Assembly (NCBI RefSeq): GCF_964213995.1
Contig: NW_027590123.1
Coordinates: 1,240,001 to 1,304,000, forward strand
Length of the DNA stretch: 64,000 nucleotides
Origin: Mustelus asterias
Taxonomy: Eukaryota
Direction of reading: 5' to 3'
Shown here one piece after another: positions 12,581 to 25,213 of this stretch; the stretch's first letter is position 1, and each line of letters starts with the position of its first letter. The notes beneath the pieces are model-generated. The model searched no databases and had not been told where the DNA came from. It worked only from the letters and a program-made list of their open reading frames with translations. A program made the position numbers and the translations under genes.

Positions 12581-12677
12581 ATGGCCTTATTCTGTGGTGT
12601 ACTCATTTTCTGATTTAGTGCGTACCTCACCCTGAGGCCGTGAACCGCAAAGTATTTTCTCATTTCTCATTTCTGTC

Positions 12678-13432
12678 ATCTCTCCCTCAATGTCAACAAA
12701 ACGGAGATTGTCATTGACTTCAGAAAGCGTAGAGTGGAACATGCCCCTGCCTCCATCAAAGGGGACGAAGTGGAATGGGTCAAGAGGTTCAGGTTTTTAG
12801 GTCTCCAGATCACCAACAACCTGTCCTGGCCTCCCATGCCGACACTATAGTGAAGAAAGCCCATCAACGCCTCTACTTTCTCAGAAGACTTAGGAAATTT
12901 GGCATGTCAGCTCCGACTGTCACCAAGTTTTACAGGTGCACCATAGAAAACACTCTTTCTAGTTGTATCACAGCTTGGTATGGCTCCTGCTGTGCCCAAG
13001 ACCGCAATAAACTACAAAGGGTCGTGAATGTAGCCCAATCCATCACTCAAACCAGCCTCCCATCCATTGATACTGTCGAGGCTTCCTGCTGCCTCGGCAA
13101 AGCAGCCAGCATAGTTAAGGACCGCACGCACCCCGGACATTCTCTCTCCCACCTTCTTCCTTCGAGAGAAAGATACAGAAGTCTGAGGTCACGTACTAGC
13201 CGACTCAAGAACAGCTTGTTCCCTGCTGCCATCATAATTTTGAATGGACATTATCTTGCATTAAGTTGATCTTTCTCTACACCATGACAATGACTGTAAT
13301 ACCACATTCTGCACTCTCCCGTTTCCTTCTCTATGAACGGTACGCTTTGCCTGTATAGCGCGCAAGAAAAAATGCTTTTCACTGTATACTAATACATGTG
13401 ACAATAATAAATAAAACCAAATCAAATCATTT
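12678..13432 (+). mobile_element. Rex1/Babar-like LINE 3' fragment
   Basis: IVKKAHQRLYFLRRLRKFGMS..FYRCTIE..RLKNSLFPAAI; AATAAA/(AAATC)n tail. Confidence 0.85.
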
Positions 13433-13691
13433 CATTTCTCCTGACGTCCAGACTATTCCTGTTGCTACATTTCCTCCCTCCTGAGTTTCAGTCGTTTCAA
13501 ATTCCCACATTTTTCACCTTTTCCTGTTGTAATGAAAGGCCATGGACGTAAAAGATGAGCTTTGTTTCCCTGTCCACAAATTCTGCCTGAATTCCTAAGT
13601 TTCTGCAGCATCTTCCGCCTTCGCTGCAGTTATCTGATCGGTTTTGAATGGCCCAGAGAGCATCTTTTCTTTCAATCAGTGGCTGCTTATA

Positions 13692-13772
13692 GGCTCCTTG
13701 GTGTAGGGGTATGAATCGCATTTTGGTATGCCTTAACCACCGAGATCCCGAGTTGAAATCCGAGACTAACCC
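13692..13772 (+). pseudogene. tRNA-Pro pseudogene, probably of an intron-containing type
   Basis: GGCTCcTTGGTgTAGGGGTATGA...CCCGaGTTgAAATCC; 81 nt with extra bases after the anticodon. Confidence 0.7.
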
Positions 13773-14119
13773 TACTGTTTCTTCTTATCCCTGTTACATC
13801 AAAACATCGAAACCAGGAGTAGGTCATTGGAACATCATCTCCCATTCATTGTTGTCATGCCTGATAATCAAATTCAATACCCTGATCCGCCATTTAGCAC
13901 CAAGAGTATATTAAACTTCTCTTGAAATCATAGTGTTCGGCCTCAACTACTTTCTGTGGGAGAGAACTCTGCAGATTCACCACTCTCTGGCTGAAGGAAG
14001 TCTCATCATCTCAGCCGTTATCCTCAAACTATTATCCCGAGTTCTGGACTCCCCACTAAAGAGAACATTCTTTCTGAATCTACCCTGTTTCATCCGGTCA
14101 GAATGTTATAAGGTTCCAT

Positions 14120-14440
14120 TAGAATCATAGATTCCCTGCAGTACAGAACGAGGCCAATTCGGCCCATCAAGTCTGTACTGACCGCAACCCCATCCAGGCC
14201 CCACTCCTGTAACTACGTGCATTCACCCTGCTAATACCCCTGACACTAGGGCCAATTTAACACGGTCAATCAACATTAGCCGCACATCTTTGGACAATGG
14301 GAGGAAACCGGAACACCCGGAGGAAACCCATGCAGATACGGGGAAAATGTGCAAACTCAACACAGACAGCGACCCGATGCCAGATTTGAACCTCGGACCC
14401 TGGCGTTTTGAGGCGGCAGTGCTAACCAATGTACCACCCA
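14120..14440 (-). mobile_element. tRNA-derived SINE
   Basis: Reverse-complement head, body and CR1-type tail. Confidence 0.85.
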
Positions 14441-14525
14441 AAACATATCTGCCCAGAAATAGCCAGGATTAGTTGGCAAGAAATGCATTTGCCAATGTTG
14501 GACACCTAAGTGTTAAAATAAGCCG

Positions 14526-14598
14526 CATCCCAGAAGTGACTCGAACACATGCTCCCTGGTTTAGGAAGCCAGTGCCTTACGCGTTAGGTTACTGGGAC
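14526..14598 (-). pseudogene. tRNA-Arg(CCT) pseudogene
   Basis: rc GTCCCAGTAACCTAACGCGTAAGGCACTGGCTTCCTAAACCAGGG..GTTCGAGTC. Confidence 0.75.
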
Positions 14599-14989
14599 TA
14601 TCGGTGAGCTACTGCTGCAACTTTAAAAAGCTGTATATCTCCATCCACATAGACAGTGACTAACCCCAGAATCGAAACCAGGTCCCTGGTATTGTGAGCC
14701 AGCAGAACTAGCCACTGTGCCGCCCTCTCCCACGAAGATTTGATCAGATTTCATGAGCTGCAGATTTTGTTTTTTTCTTTGCATTGCAGACTTTGGGATT
14801 GGTCCACATGGGGTTTCGTTTGAGAACCTGAGCACAAACTGTGAGGAAACTATCAGCACAACACACTCGCTCGAAAATAAATATATGATCAACAGGGTTG
14901 GCTCTGTAACTTGACGTTCATTTTATCTCCATTCACCTCTTCAGCTGGCCCCATGATTATGGGTTCAGGGAGCTGCCTGGATGTTTCTT

Positions 14990-15460
14990 TTTGTTCATGT
15001 GGGTGTCGCTGGCTAGATCAGCATGCACTGCCCATCAGTATTTAGCCTTGAGAAAGTTGTGGTGAGCTGCCTTCTTGAAACGTTGTAATCCATTTGTACA
15101 GGAACACTTACAGTGCTGTTAGGGAGGGAAGTCCACGAATTTGTCCCAATGACAGTGAAGGAACGGCGATATATTTCCAAATCAGAATGCTGAGGGAATT
15201 GAGGGTGGTGTTGGCTGTGTGGCGTTGGAGGGGGGAGGGGGGAGAGGGGGCGGGGGGGGGGGGGGGGGTTGGCAGGGGAGCTGCCAGGTGGAAGCGGTCT
15301 TGGGTTTGGGAGATGCTGTCTAAAGTGCCTTTGGTGGATTCCTGCACCATGCAGACAAGTGGAGAATATTCTATCGCACTCCTGACTTGTGCCACGTCGA
15401 TCGTGGACTGTTTTGTGGGAGTCGGGAGGTGAGTTACTCCCACAGGATTCCCATCCTCTG
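14990..15460 (-). mobile_element. Non-LTR fragment, same family as 11962-12580
   Basis: THLPTPTKQSTIDVAQVRSAIEYSPL; contains a G-run at 15230-15268. Confidence 0.75.
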
Positions 15461-15921
15461 CCCTGCTCTTTTTGCCACTGAATAAACTGATAACATGCGT
15501 GCTGAGTCAGAATAGGTGTGTCTTCTTTCCTGCTCAGTTTGTCGTGAATTTTCCGCACTTTTGTCTTTTCCTGAATGTATTTTGAGGCTCAAGTAAGGGC
15601 CAATGCCATATGATTGTAAGATACTACATTCAGGTAATATTCAATCGTGGATTCACGAGCGGGAGGGGTACGGTTTCGAGTCATGTTGTTGACGCTGGAT
15701 TGATAAAGCAGAGAAGCAGGCTGAAGCTTTGGGAACCAGGGTTCGAATTCCAACACAGCAGATTAACTCAATTCAAGGCAAAGTAGAATTACTGTAAGTG
15801 AGTAGAGAAAATTTTAATTATGTAATATTTCCTCACAAAAACGAATATGTTTTGACCATGTTTCTGCCGATTTTGAAGCCTCGGACCGATATATAAACAT
15901 TGCTGCACGCTGCTTTGCCAT

Positions 15922-15994
15922 GGGCCAGTGGCGCAATGGATAACGCGTCTGACTACGGATCAGAAGATTCCAGGTTCGACTCCTGGCTGGCTCT
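15922..15994 (+). tRNA. tRNA-Arg(ACG)
   Basis: Matches canonical vertebrate Arg-ACG except for T at the discriminator; no adjacent T4 terminator. Confidence 0.9.
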
Positions 15995-17425
15995 GTGTGA
16001 TAATTTAACAGTAGTTCACAAACAGTAGTTCGTGTGGGTGAAAAATGTGTGTTGACAAATTTTGGACCAATTCAGAGAAATGTTGACCAAATGCAGTCAG
16101 CTTCTATGATGAAATTTATCTTAGCTAATGATTGTTCAAAAAAGTGTTGACTATTTTAAGAAAAAAAATACTGATAAACTTCAATTAAGTTTTTTTTAAA
16201 AAAATAGTTTATTTAAATGACGAATTCTCGTTAAAGTATTCGGGGAAAATATGTTAGCAAGTTTAAGCTACTCTTTAAAAAGTTGGAAATTTCTCGAAAA
16301 ATATGAGGAAACATTACATTTTTCAAAATGGTGAAAACATTTTCTAAAAAGTTGATGAACTCTGATTAAACATGTTTAATTTTAAGAAGCAAAATACACA
16401 GAAATGTTTTTTAAAAGTTGACAAATTTCAGTTAAATCAGATGGAGGAATTTCTTTGGAGTAAGTTTAGTTTTGAAAAGTTCAAATTAGCCAGAAGTTTC
16501 TGGTTTGTGATGCTGGGATTGTTGTCCATTGGAGCGAAGGAGATTGAGGAGCGATTTAATCGAGGTGGACTAGATTAGGGCAAGTTTAGAGGGGGAGGGG
16601 CAAATTTTAAGATATTGGGCAAGGCGGGGGCGAAGAAGATTTGGAAGCAACATTTTTTCCACAGCGAGTGCTCAGGACCTGGAACTCATTGCCTCCGAGA
16701 GTGTTGGATGCGGTCAATTTAGGTAATAGAAATTCTGAGGTGGACATGGACTTCCTGAGAAAGAAGATGGGTCTCCAGGAACATTCTTTAGGCAGGTAGA
16801 TGGATCTCCTCGGTGACATTGAATCTGAAGATCAACCTGTGGAAGCACACCCCTTCCCCGGCCACCGCCCCCACCCACTGTTGAGAACAGTACAGCACAG
16901 GAAACAGGCCCTTCGGCCCTCCAAAACGTTTGACAAGAACCCCGCTGATATTAAATGCAAGGGCATCAAAATCAAAAAGGGTATTTTGGAACATTCGTTC
17001 TTCGTTGTAGATATTTTCAATTTCATATAACGTGAAAAAGGATATGCAAAATATTCAGACTGTTGAATGGGAACTCCCGACATTGTTACAAGGACAACAT
17101 TAACCATTTACCTCATTGTCACCACCTCAGAAGCTGTCTTGGCTCAAGGGCCAACATTGCGATGAATCCTCGTTTCGGTCCCGCTGTGGGGAAAACAACT
17201 TCATTGATTCACTGGCCCTGCTCTGACGTAATAAACTGGAGAACAAAGGGTCTGTGAGCTGATTGGATGAATTGGAGAATCAGGGACATGATTGGACGTC
17301 ACCAGTTGATTCGTTTGGGAATTAACCAATCGCTGGAGAGACCGGAAATACATGTAAATATCTTCACCCAAACAATTACAGATTGAACCCATTCTGTTTA
17401 ATTCCGCAATAAACTCGCTGCAAAC

Positions 17426-18905
17426 ATGTTGGGTATCATTTTGTATTCGTTTCTCACTGTTTCAGCTCTTTTGCCTGGTAAGTCTACAAGGGACATAAAC
17501 TTCTTCTTGCAAGCGATGTCGACAGTAATTTAGGTCCGCTTTGCTGTAGATGATAATGTGATCCGTGTTCTGATGTTATGAGTTACAATAGAATGATAAT
17601 AACACCTTAACTTTCAATATTTCTAAATTTCTGCCGGTGTCACTACTGGAGACTCAATATCAAAGGAGCCGGTTACAGCGATGAAGTTTGAATGGGACTC
17701 AAAGAACAAAGAACAAAGAAAGTTACAGGCTCTTAGGCCCTCCAAGCCTGCACCGATCATGTTGCCCGACTGAACTAAAACCCGCTATCCTTCCGGGGAC
17801 CATATCCCTCTATTCCCATCTTACTCATATATTTGTCCGGACGCACCTTAAATGTCACTATCGTATCTGTTTCCACTACCTCCCCCGGCAGCGTGTTCCA
17901 GGCACCCATCACACTCGGTGTAAAACACTTACCTCATTAATCTCCTTTAAACCTTGCCCCTCGCACCTTAAACCTATGCCCCTTAGTAATTGACTCTTCC
18001 ACCCTGGGAAAAACCTTCTGACTATCCACTCTAGCCATGCCCCTCAGAATCTTGTAGACTTGTATCAGGTCGTCCCTCAACCTCCGTCGTTCAAGTGACA
18101 ACAAACCAAGTTTCTCCAACCTCTCTTCTTAGCTAATGGGCGGCATGGTAGCACAGTGGTTAGCAGTGCTTCTTCACAGCTCCAGGGACCTGGGTTTGAT
18201 TCCCGGCTTTGGTCACGGTCTGTGGCGTAAGCACATTCTCCTCGTGTCAGCGTGGGTTTCCTCCAGGTGCTCGGATTTCCTCCCACAGTCCAAAAATGTG
18301 CGGGTTAGGTTTATTAGTCATGCTAAAATTGCCCCTTAGAGTTCTGAGATGCGTAGGTTTGAGGGATTAACGTGTACATGTGGGGGTAGGGTCTGGGTGG
18401 GATTGTGGTCAGTGCAGACTCGATGGGCCGAATGGCCTCCTTCTGTACTGCAGGGTTTCTATGATTCTGATGCTCTCCATGCCAGGCAACATCCTGGTAA
18501 ATCTTTTCTGCACCCTCTCCAAAGCCTCAACATCGTTCTGGTAGTGTGGCGACCAAAATTGAAAATTATATTCCAAGTACGGCCTAACTAACGTGCTATA
18601 AAGCTGCAATATGACTCGCCATTTTTTAAACTCAATGCCCCGGTGACCAATAGGTTAACTGCATAGCAGCTGGTGCATATTACATTCAATTGTATCGCCA
18701 GGACCGGGAGAAGGTTCCCAGCAAAAAGAACGGAGAAAGCCCCCATCTTCTTGATCTATATCTCTTATTATGGAGATATTTCCAGTGCAAAGGGCGTGGG
18801 AACACTATTTTCTGCATATATCGAGAGGTCGAAAAGCGAGGGGAACTTCAGCATGTGTGAGCTGTGGCTGTCGGACAGCGCGGTGTATTACTGTGGACTG
18901 AGAGA
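17426..18905 (+). pseudogene. TCR alpha/delta-type V pseudogene (V2) split by CR1+SINE
   Basis: Leader MLGIILYSFLTVSALLP|gtaagt 17426-17477; acceptor mutated AG>CG; GVTTGDSISKE.. to 17700; resumes ~18642 ..YIQLYRQ..APIFLIY..LSDSAVYYCGLR. Confidence 0.88.
17701..18641 (-). mobile_element. CR1 LINE 3' fragment with nested + strand SINE (18138-18470)
   Basis: LERRRLRDDLIQVYK; LYSTLVRPYLEY; (AAAGAAC)n rc tail. Confidence 0.92.
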
Positions 18906-18944
18906 CGCAATGACAGAAACCAGAGGGAGCCTGGTATGAAAAAA
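18906..18944 (+). promoter_or_regulatory. Degenerate 23-RSS of V2
   Basis: CGCAATG + 23 nt + ATGAAAAAA after YYCGLR. Confidence 0.7.
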
Positions 18945-19928
18945 AAAACATTGCCCCAGAGTGACAAGATGAACGGACCAGAGAATGGTAATAATATTGG
19001 GCTATAAATAGAGCATGATTCACTCTGTGGTGCTTCTATACATTTTCGGTATTGCTGATACTCACAACAGGAGAGGCGATGGCCGAGGGGGTATTATCCT
19101 GAGACTATTAATCCAGAAACTCAGTGAATGTTGCGCGGACCCGATTCAATGAAAACAATATCGACAACTAAGAATCTACTGACGACCATGAAGCCATTGT
19201 CGATTGTCGGAAAAACCCACTTTGTTCACTCATGTACTTTGGGGAATGAAATCTGCCGTCCTTACCTGGTCTGGCCTACACGTGACTCCAAAGCCAAAAC
19301 AATGTGGTTGATCTCAACTACCGATGGACAACTAGTGGTATCCATGTCCCACACACAGAAAAAATTCACTGGAATCACTGTTAAAACTGTCCTGATAATA
19401 AGGCTAATGGACGTATTGAGAAAAAAAAAACAAGGACAGAACTATTTAGCCTCCATTAGCTTCCGGGTCACAGTAAGAAAATAAGGGTTTTTTGTGGAAT
19501 GTCAATTATTGAGCATGTTCAAAAAAATCAACAGCTTTTGGAAGCCGAATGGCATTAAGCGCTATGCAGATAGCGCGGGAAAGTGGCGTTCAGGCTGGTC
19601 AGCCCTGATCTAACTGAATGACGAAGCAGAATCGAAGGACAGAATGGCCTACTGCTGTTCCCATGTTCCTGTACCCCATTTTTCTACATTCTTCCCCAAG
19701 TCAATCGCTAAATGTGTAAGTTCTCTCTGTAAGGATGATTATGTTAATCCAGCTCACGGTGCGTCTGGTTACTGTCTGCTATCTCACCACCTGGGTGTCA
19801 CACAGCACCACTGGAGACAGAAGGGAGGGAGCTGAGAACATACGAAAAAGGAAGCTGATTATTGAAGGCTGGGATTAGACCGGATAAAATCAAACACGCA
19901 GCTCCCCTTTTACAGAGCGACAGCGGCA

Positions 19929-20348
19929 ATGCAGCTGCTGTGGGGATCATTCCTGACAGGTAATTACGTGCAAAAAACATTGCACTGTTTCACACGTTTC
20001 CCAAGCTTGGTTCCAGACCACAAATTAATCATACGCCCTTCTGACCATTTTCTGTGTTGTTATTTCCATATTTGAGACATGGAGATTCTGTCACCCAGCC
20101 GCTCACATCAGATGTTAAGAGAGAAGGCGAGATCGTGTTTTTAACGTGTAGCAATGAAACCAAGCACGCTGAATGTCTTCTTCACCACTCTGTCCACCTG
20201 TGACTCCACTTTCAAGGAGCAGAGAGCGACTATAGGCTGTACTGGTACCGACAACATCCAGACACACAGCCCGTGTTTATAGTGCGGAAAGATACTGATA
20301 GTTATGAAAATAAAGCATATGTTTTTAAAAGTCGCTTCTATGTAGCTA
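19929..20348 (+). pseudogene. TCR alpha/delta-type V pseudogene (V3), 3' truncated by CR1
   Basis: Short leader MQLLWGSFLT|gt; HGDSVTQPLTSDVKREGEIVFLTCS..DYRLYWYRQHPDTQPVFIVRK..KSRF; inverted CR1 insert in CDR1. Confidence 0.88.
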
Positions 20349-21188
20349 ATGTCGCTCTGTAGGAGGTAGCTAAAAATGGATACAAAATTGGCTTGATGAC
20401 AGAAGCCACAGGTCGGTTGTAGAGGGTTGTTTTTTAAACTGGAGGCCTGTGACCAGCGTTGTGCCTCAGGGATCAGTGCTGGGTCCACTGTTATTTGTCA
20501 TTTATATTAATTATTTAGGTGAGAAAAAAGGAGGCATGTTTAGGAAGTTTGCAGATGACACGAAGATTGGTGGCACAGTGGACAGTGAAGAAGGTTATCT
20601 CGGATTGCAACGGGATCTTGATAAATTGGGCCAGTGGGCTCACGAATGGCAGATGGAGTTTACTTTAGATAAATGCGAGGTTATGCATTTTGGTAGATTG
20701 AACCAGGGCAGGACTTACTCAGTTAATGGTAGGTCATTGAGAAGAGTTACAGAGCAAAGGGATCTAGAGGTACAGGTTCATAGCTCCTTGAAAGTGGAGC
20801 CACAGGTGGACAGAGTGGTGAAGAAGACATTCAGCGTGCGTGGTTTCATTGCTCAGAACATTGAATACAGGGGTTGGAACGTCTTGTTGAAGTTGTACAA
20901 GACATTGGTAAGGCTACACTTGGAATACTGTGTACAGTTCTGTTCACCCTATTATAGAAATATATTATTAAACTAGAAAGAGTGCAGGAAAGATTTACTA
21001 GGATGCTACCGAGACTTGATGGTTTGAGCTATAAGGAGAGGCTGGATAGACTGGGACATTTTTCTCTGGAACGTAGAAGGCTGAGGGGTGATCTTATAGA
21101 GGTCTATAAAATAATGAGGGGCATGGTTCATCGAGATAGTCAATATTTTTTCCCAAAGGTAGGGGAGTCTAAAACTAGAGGGCACAGG
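20349..21188 (+). mobile_element. CR1 LINE fragment
   Basis: VPQGSVLGPLLF..KFADDTK..LERRRLRGDLIEVYK. Confidence 0.95.
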
Positions 21189-21761
21189 GATTCAAGGAAT
21201 ATATGAAGTCAACAATATAAAGTACAATCTGATATGGGAAAGGTTTATCCTGAAACATCTACTCGATTGAACTGCGATTGTAGAGCATCAGGCCACTGGT
21301 TCATTTAAATAAGTTTAAATTTGGGGCACAGGTCAGGGCACAGTTGGTTATGCAGAGAGTGGTCATCATTTACAATGCAATTTGATCAATGTAACAGAGT
21401 CCAAAACAAACATAGTGGTCTCCTAACAAGTAAGGCAAATTATAAGGATGTTTGCAGATTTCTGAATTGGTGACTTATGATGAGAATAATGAAAGTACCC
21501 ATTCCCCAGTGCCATGCGACTTCTTGATTGATTAGCTGCAGTGGTCATGAATACGTGATGCTCTGTTGGTGCTGAGTGGTAAATGGCTTTCTTTCTGGAG
21601 ATTCAATGTATTCATTATATGTTCAAAATATGTTTCTGCCAAATCTTTCCTGATTTGTATTATTGTTACTGTGATGCAACCTGTAGATTTTAGGACTCCT
21701 GTGAAATTGAATGCGAGTTGTTTTCTACATAGATAGCTTTGAAATTTGCTGTTGAGTGCAA

Positions 21762-21970
21762 TGACCTCGGCCTCAAATGCTTTCCCCAAAATCAGAAATG
21801 CTGAATTTTATGACGCAATGTCAGGAAAGAAACGTTCCCACTTTGACACCGTGCACATATTAGCATCTGCTGCAGTTTACAACAGAATTTAGTTGGTTTA
21901 ATAGGTGCAGACTAACATAGTTAATCACCATCTGAAACATGTCTAATAGTGGTGCGTGCTCAAAAATACA
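21762..21970 (+). repeat. Dispersed inverted copy of the tRNA-Val array spacer
   Basis: Reverse complement of ~6235-6440 (ggtgcagactaacatagttaatcaccatctgaaacatgtctaat). Confidence 0.8.
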
Positions 21971-22089
21971 CAATGCCCTGTATGAACGCAAAGAAACATT
22001 AAACTAAATAAAAATACTATCTGTTTCGCGTCGTAAATAAAAGGACTTCATTGTGTCCCTATACCATCACCCCCGCCCCCCCCCACGCC

Positions 22090-22427
22090 CCCTCCACTGA
22101 CTATAACAGTACACATAAGGATTAGAATGGCTAGTTTCCAAGGTGCAGGTTAGTGTCACGTTACTTTCCTCCTTAACAGATATTTCAGGACCCAGTTGTT
22201 CCACTTTGTCTTGGTGGCTCCATTCTAACAGAAATAACAACAATAATGAGAATCAGAGTCAGCCTCATGTTGAGCGATACAATTATCATCTCCACCATCA
22301 CTGTTGCTTTAGCAACAATAACATCTGGGTTGCAGCAGTCAGGAGGAGCATGTAGTTTTACTGGGAAGGAAAAAAACTTTCTGAGGACTGAAATAATGAT
22401 GAGGATCTGAGCGAGACAGTTTTCCAT
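22090..22427 (-). pseudogene. TCR alpha/delta-type V pseudogene (V4), inverted, truncated after the WYRQ-equivalent
   Basis: Leader MENCLAQILIIISVL 22427-22382 (donor GT>GA); AG acceptor at 22226-22225; KWSHQDKVEQLGPEISVKEESNVTLTCTLETSHSNPYVYCYSQ. Confidence 0.8.
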
Positions 22428-23691
22428 GATCCTCCTCAGTCTGTAACTCAGCAGTGAGAGGAATCCTCCGTCAGAGACAGAAACACAGATCCCCGTCCCA
22501 TTGCACTGCTCATCCAACCTCAATGAGAGGAATGGCGCAACTTCAGCAATCTGTCCAATCACACAATCGGGTCAGAGTGAGAGCAGCAAACGGAAGCTGT
22601 GGGCGGGGTACCGCAGATTCAATATTGAGTGACGCGTGCGGTGACTCTCAGCGGCACTCGGAACTGTTGGGCGGAAATAGAACCAGTTGAAACTACAGAA
22701 GTCTCTTATCATCCTGCGCCTACTCACTTTTCAGGGTGTCTAACAATAAATAAAGCGACTGCGACATGAAGCAAGGAGAACCATAGAATCTTTGAAAGGC
22801 AAATTGGTCATCCGGCGTATCTATGTTTCCTTGGAGGAGTTCTCCAAATCATCCAATTCTCCCCGCAGCTCCGTGAAATCTCTGCTTAACTAACTTTGCT
22901 CTCAAGAGTACAAACCCGGTCTCTATAACCTCACCACAAAACTGAATTTCCTCATCCCTGGAAAGGCGGAGGATTGAGCGGAGATTTTGGAAAATATTGT
23001 CAGTTGGCAGATGGGGAAAATGGAGCAGGAAGCAAACCAGAAAACACTGCCCCAGCTTTGCGAATCTTTAGAAACTGTTTGGGAACTGGAATCAGAGGAG
23101 ATTGAAGGGTTGACTGACTGAGCAGAGACAATCAAGGCAACCTTCCATTCTTTAAGAGGCTGGAACGTTGACTCTGATGTTTTCAGTAAAATTAACTGAT
23201 CAGAGACATTGAAAGGATTCTCGTTACTGCACATCAGCAATTCAAACCGAATATCAATTTCGGAACAGTCAGAATATTTGGTTTCAGACAAGACACCGAA
23301 AGGCTTGAATGGAGACGGCGCCGGTTGTTGGAGAGCCGGTTCCCGATGACATGGATGTGTCTGCAATGGGGGGTCTCTGACTATTGGACTTAACTTGTAT
23401 CTGCAGCTAACCCATTAGAAATCCGTTCAATTATTCCATTCTCACCAACCCATAAATTATTCTCTCTTACTCAGTTACACAGTTAATGAGACAGGGAAAA
23501 GCTGCAATATTTCAGTCTCCCCCACTCTCCAAACACCCCCTGCCGGCAAAAAGCACTGGCGATTTAGCTGCATAAGTTTTCTAAGAAATGGTGAAGACCA
23601 ATGTTTGTCAATATTTTGATTGATCCCCTTTTCAGTTCACATTTAACCATAAACTGGAATTCGGAAACTTCAGAGCAGTGAGTTTTGATAA

Positions 23692-23962
23692 CGTTTCTGC
23701 CCCGTTTATTGCCTGGGACCTGCGCAAATATGTGCAAAGATGTGCGGGTTAGGTTGATTGGCCAGGTTAAAAATTGTCCCTTAGAGTCCTGGGATGCGTA
23801 GGTTAGAGGGGGGATTAGCGGGTAAAATATGTGGGGGTAGGGCCTGGGTGGGATTGTGGTCGGTGCAGACTCGATGGGCCGAATGGCCTCCTTCTGCACT
23901 GTAGGGTTTCTATGTTTCTATGTTTCTATGAATAGAATGTGATAACACCTTCAATACAGAAA
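23692..23962 (-). pseudogene. tRNA-Val pseudogene interrupted by a 5'-truncated SINE (23735-23930, +)
   Basis: cgtttctgccccg..gggacct on the left and gaatgtgataacac..acagaaa on the right of the SINE. Confidence 0.6.
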
Positions 23963-24143
23963 ATCCGCTGAGGACAAAAGCGGCTGGTCTAGAAGGTCAA
24001 ACCGTGCAGTCTGATTTAACTTCACAACCTGATTTGTGGAAGTACAATTCGGCTCAATACCCTTTTTTGATGCGGCAGAGAAATTCATCTCACATTAGAA
24101 TCATAAAATGACATTTGCGCCTTTTTTCTCTTTTGCCATGTCT

Positions 24144-24405
24144 CGGGCGGCACGGTGGTACAGTGGTCAGCACTGCTATCTCACAGCGCTAAAGACCCAG
24201 GTTCAATTCCCAGCTTTAGTTATTGTCTGTGTGGCGCTTGTACGTTCGCCCCGTGTCTGCGTGGGTTTCTTCTCACAGCCTGAAAGACGTGCTGGTTATG
24301 TGCATTGACCCCAACAGGCGCCGGAGGCTCGCGACTAAGGAATTTCACAGTGTCTTCATTGCAGTGTAAGCCTTACTTGTAGCTAATAAATAAACTTTAC
24401 TTTAA
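24144..24405 (+). mobile_element. SINE with alternative tail (..gtaagccttacttgt..aataaa)
   Basis: Same tRNA-like head as the other SINEs; tail shared with ~44010-44290 and 51180-51360. Confidence 0.8.
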
Positions 24406-24547
24406 CTGAGCATTTTGCAGAATATTATTTAACACTTGGAAATGCAACTGCAGTTAGGCTGAGAGATAATGTTTTCTGTCAATATTTAATAACAAACGGA
24501 AATTAGGTAACTTTTCCTCACACTGAGAGATGAGGAAATTTGAACAC

Positions 24548-24620
24548 TGTTGTTGTCCTATTTCACACAGGGAACCATTAACGTGTTAGGTGAATTTATT
24601 AAACACCACACTTCAGAAAC
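24548..24620 (-). pseudogene. tRNA-Val(AAC-like) pseudogene
   Basis: Degenerate Val match, head-to-head with the copy at 24688. Confidence 0.55.
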
Positions 24621-24687
24621 AGAGAATACATGACTCTGAAGTACAGTCAGACAGCGCGGTTCGAATTCCAGTCAGTTGTCGAGCATC

Positions 24688-24760
24688 GTTTTTGTAGTGT
24701 AGTGATTATCACATTCATCTGAAACATGAAAGGTTCCCAGTTCCAAAACGGGTGGAAACA
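24688..24760 (+). pseudogene. tRNA-Val pseudogene
   Basis: GTTTTTGTAGTGTAGTGATTATCACATTC...GAAAGGTTCCCAGTTCC..GGAAACA. Confidence 0.75.
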
Positions 24761-25213
24761 TTTATACTTATTTTTAACCTGAGTGAGAGGAAATTGCTGA
24801 ATACAGTATCTTACACAGAGTTGCATTTTCCCTTCCCCATTTCTGTACACACTCAAACCCGACAGAATATCTCGAACTGGTTACCGTTTCCACCTCTGAC
24901 AGTTCAGAAAGTTTCTCTCAAACTTGCACATTCGGGCTTTTTCATTTGTTCATTCCTGAAACATTGCCGTCGCTGGCCATCATTCACTGCCCAACCCGAG
25001 TTGAGATGCAACCATATTGCTGTGGCTCTGTAGTCACATGCAGGCTAGGCCAGGTCAGAAGGGCAGATTTCCTTCCAAAAATACATTGGTGAATCATATG
25101 GGTTCCTTCAACAATCGAAAATGCTTTCATGGTCATCAATGGTTCTCAATTCCAGATTTTTCGTATTGTATTCAAATCCCACCAGCTGTCCTGGCTGGTC
25201 CCCATAATAAAAG

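Noticed and set aside
22923-23366. 147-aa minus-strand ORF and stop-interrupted plus frame
   Set aside because: No recognisable motif or gene structure.
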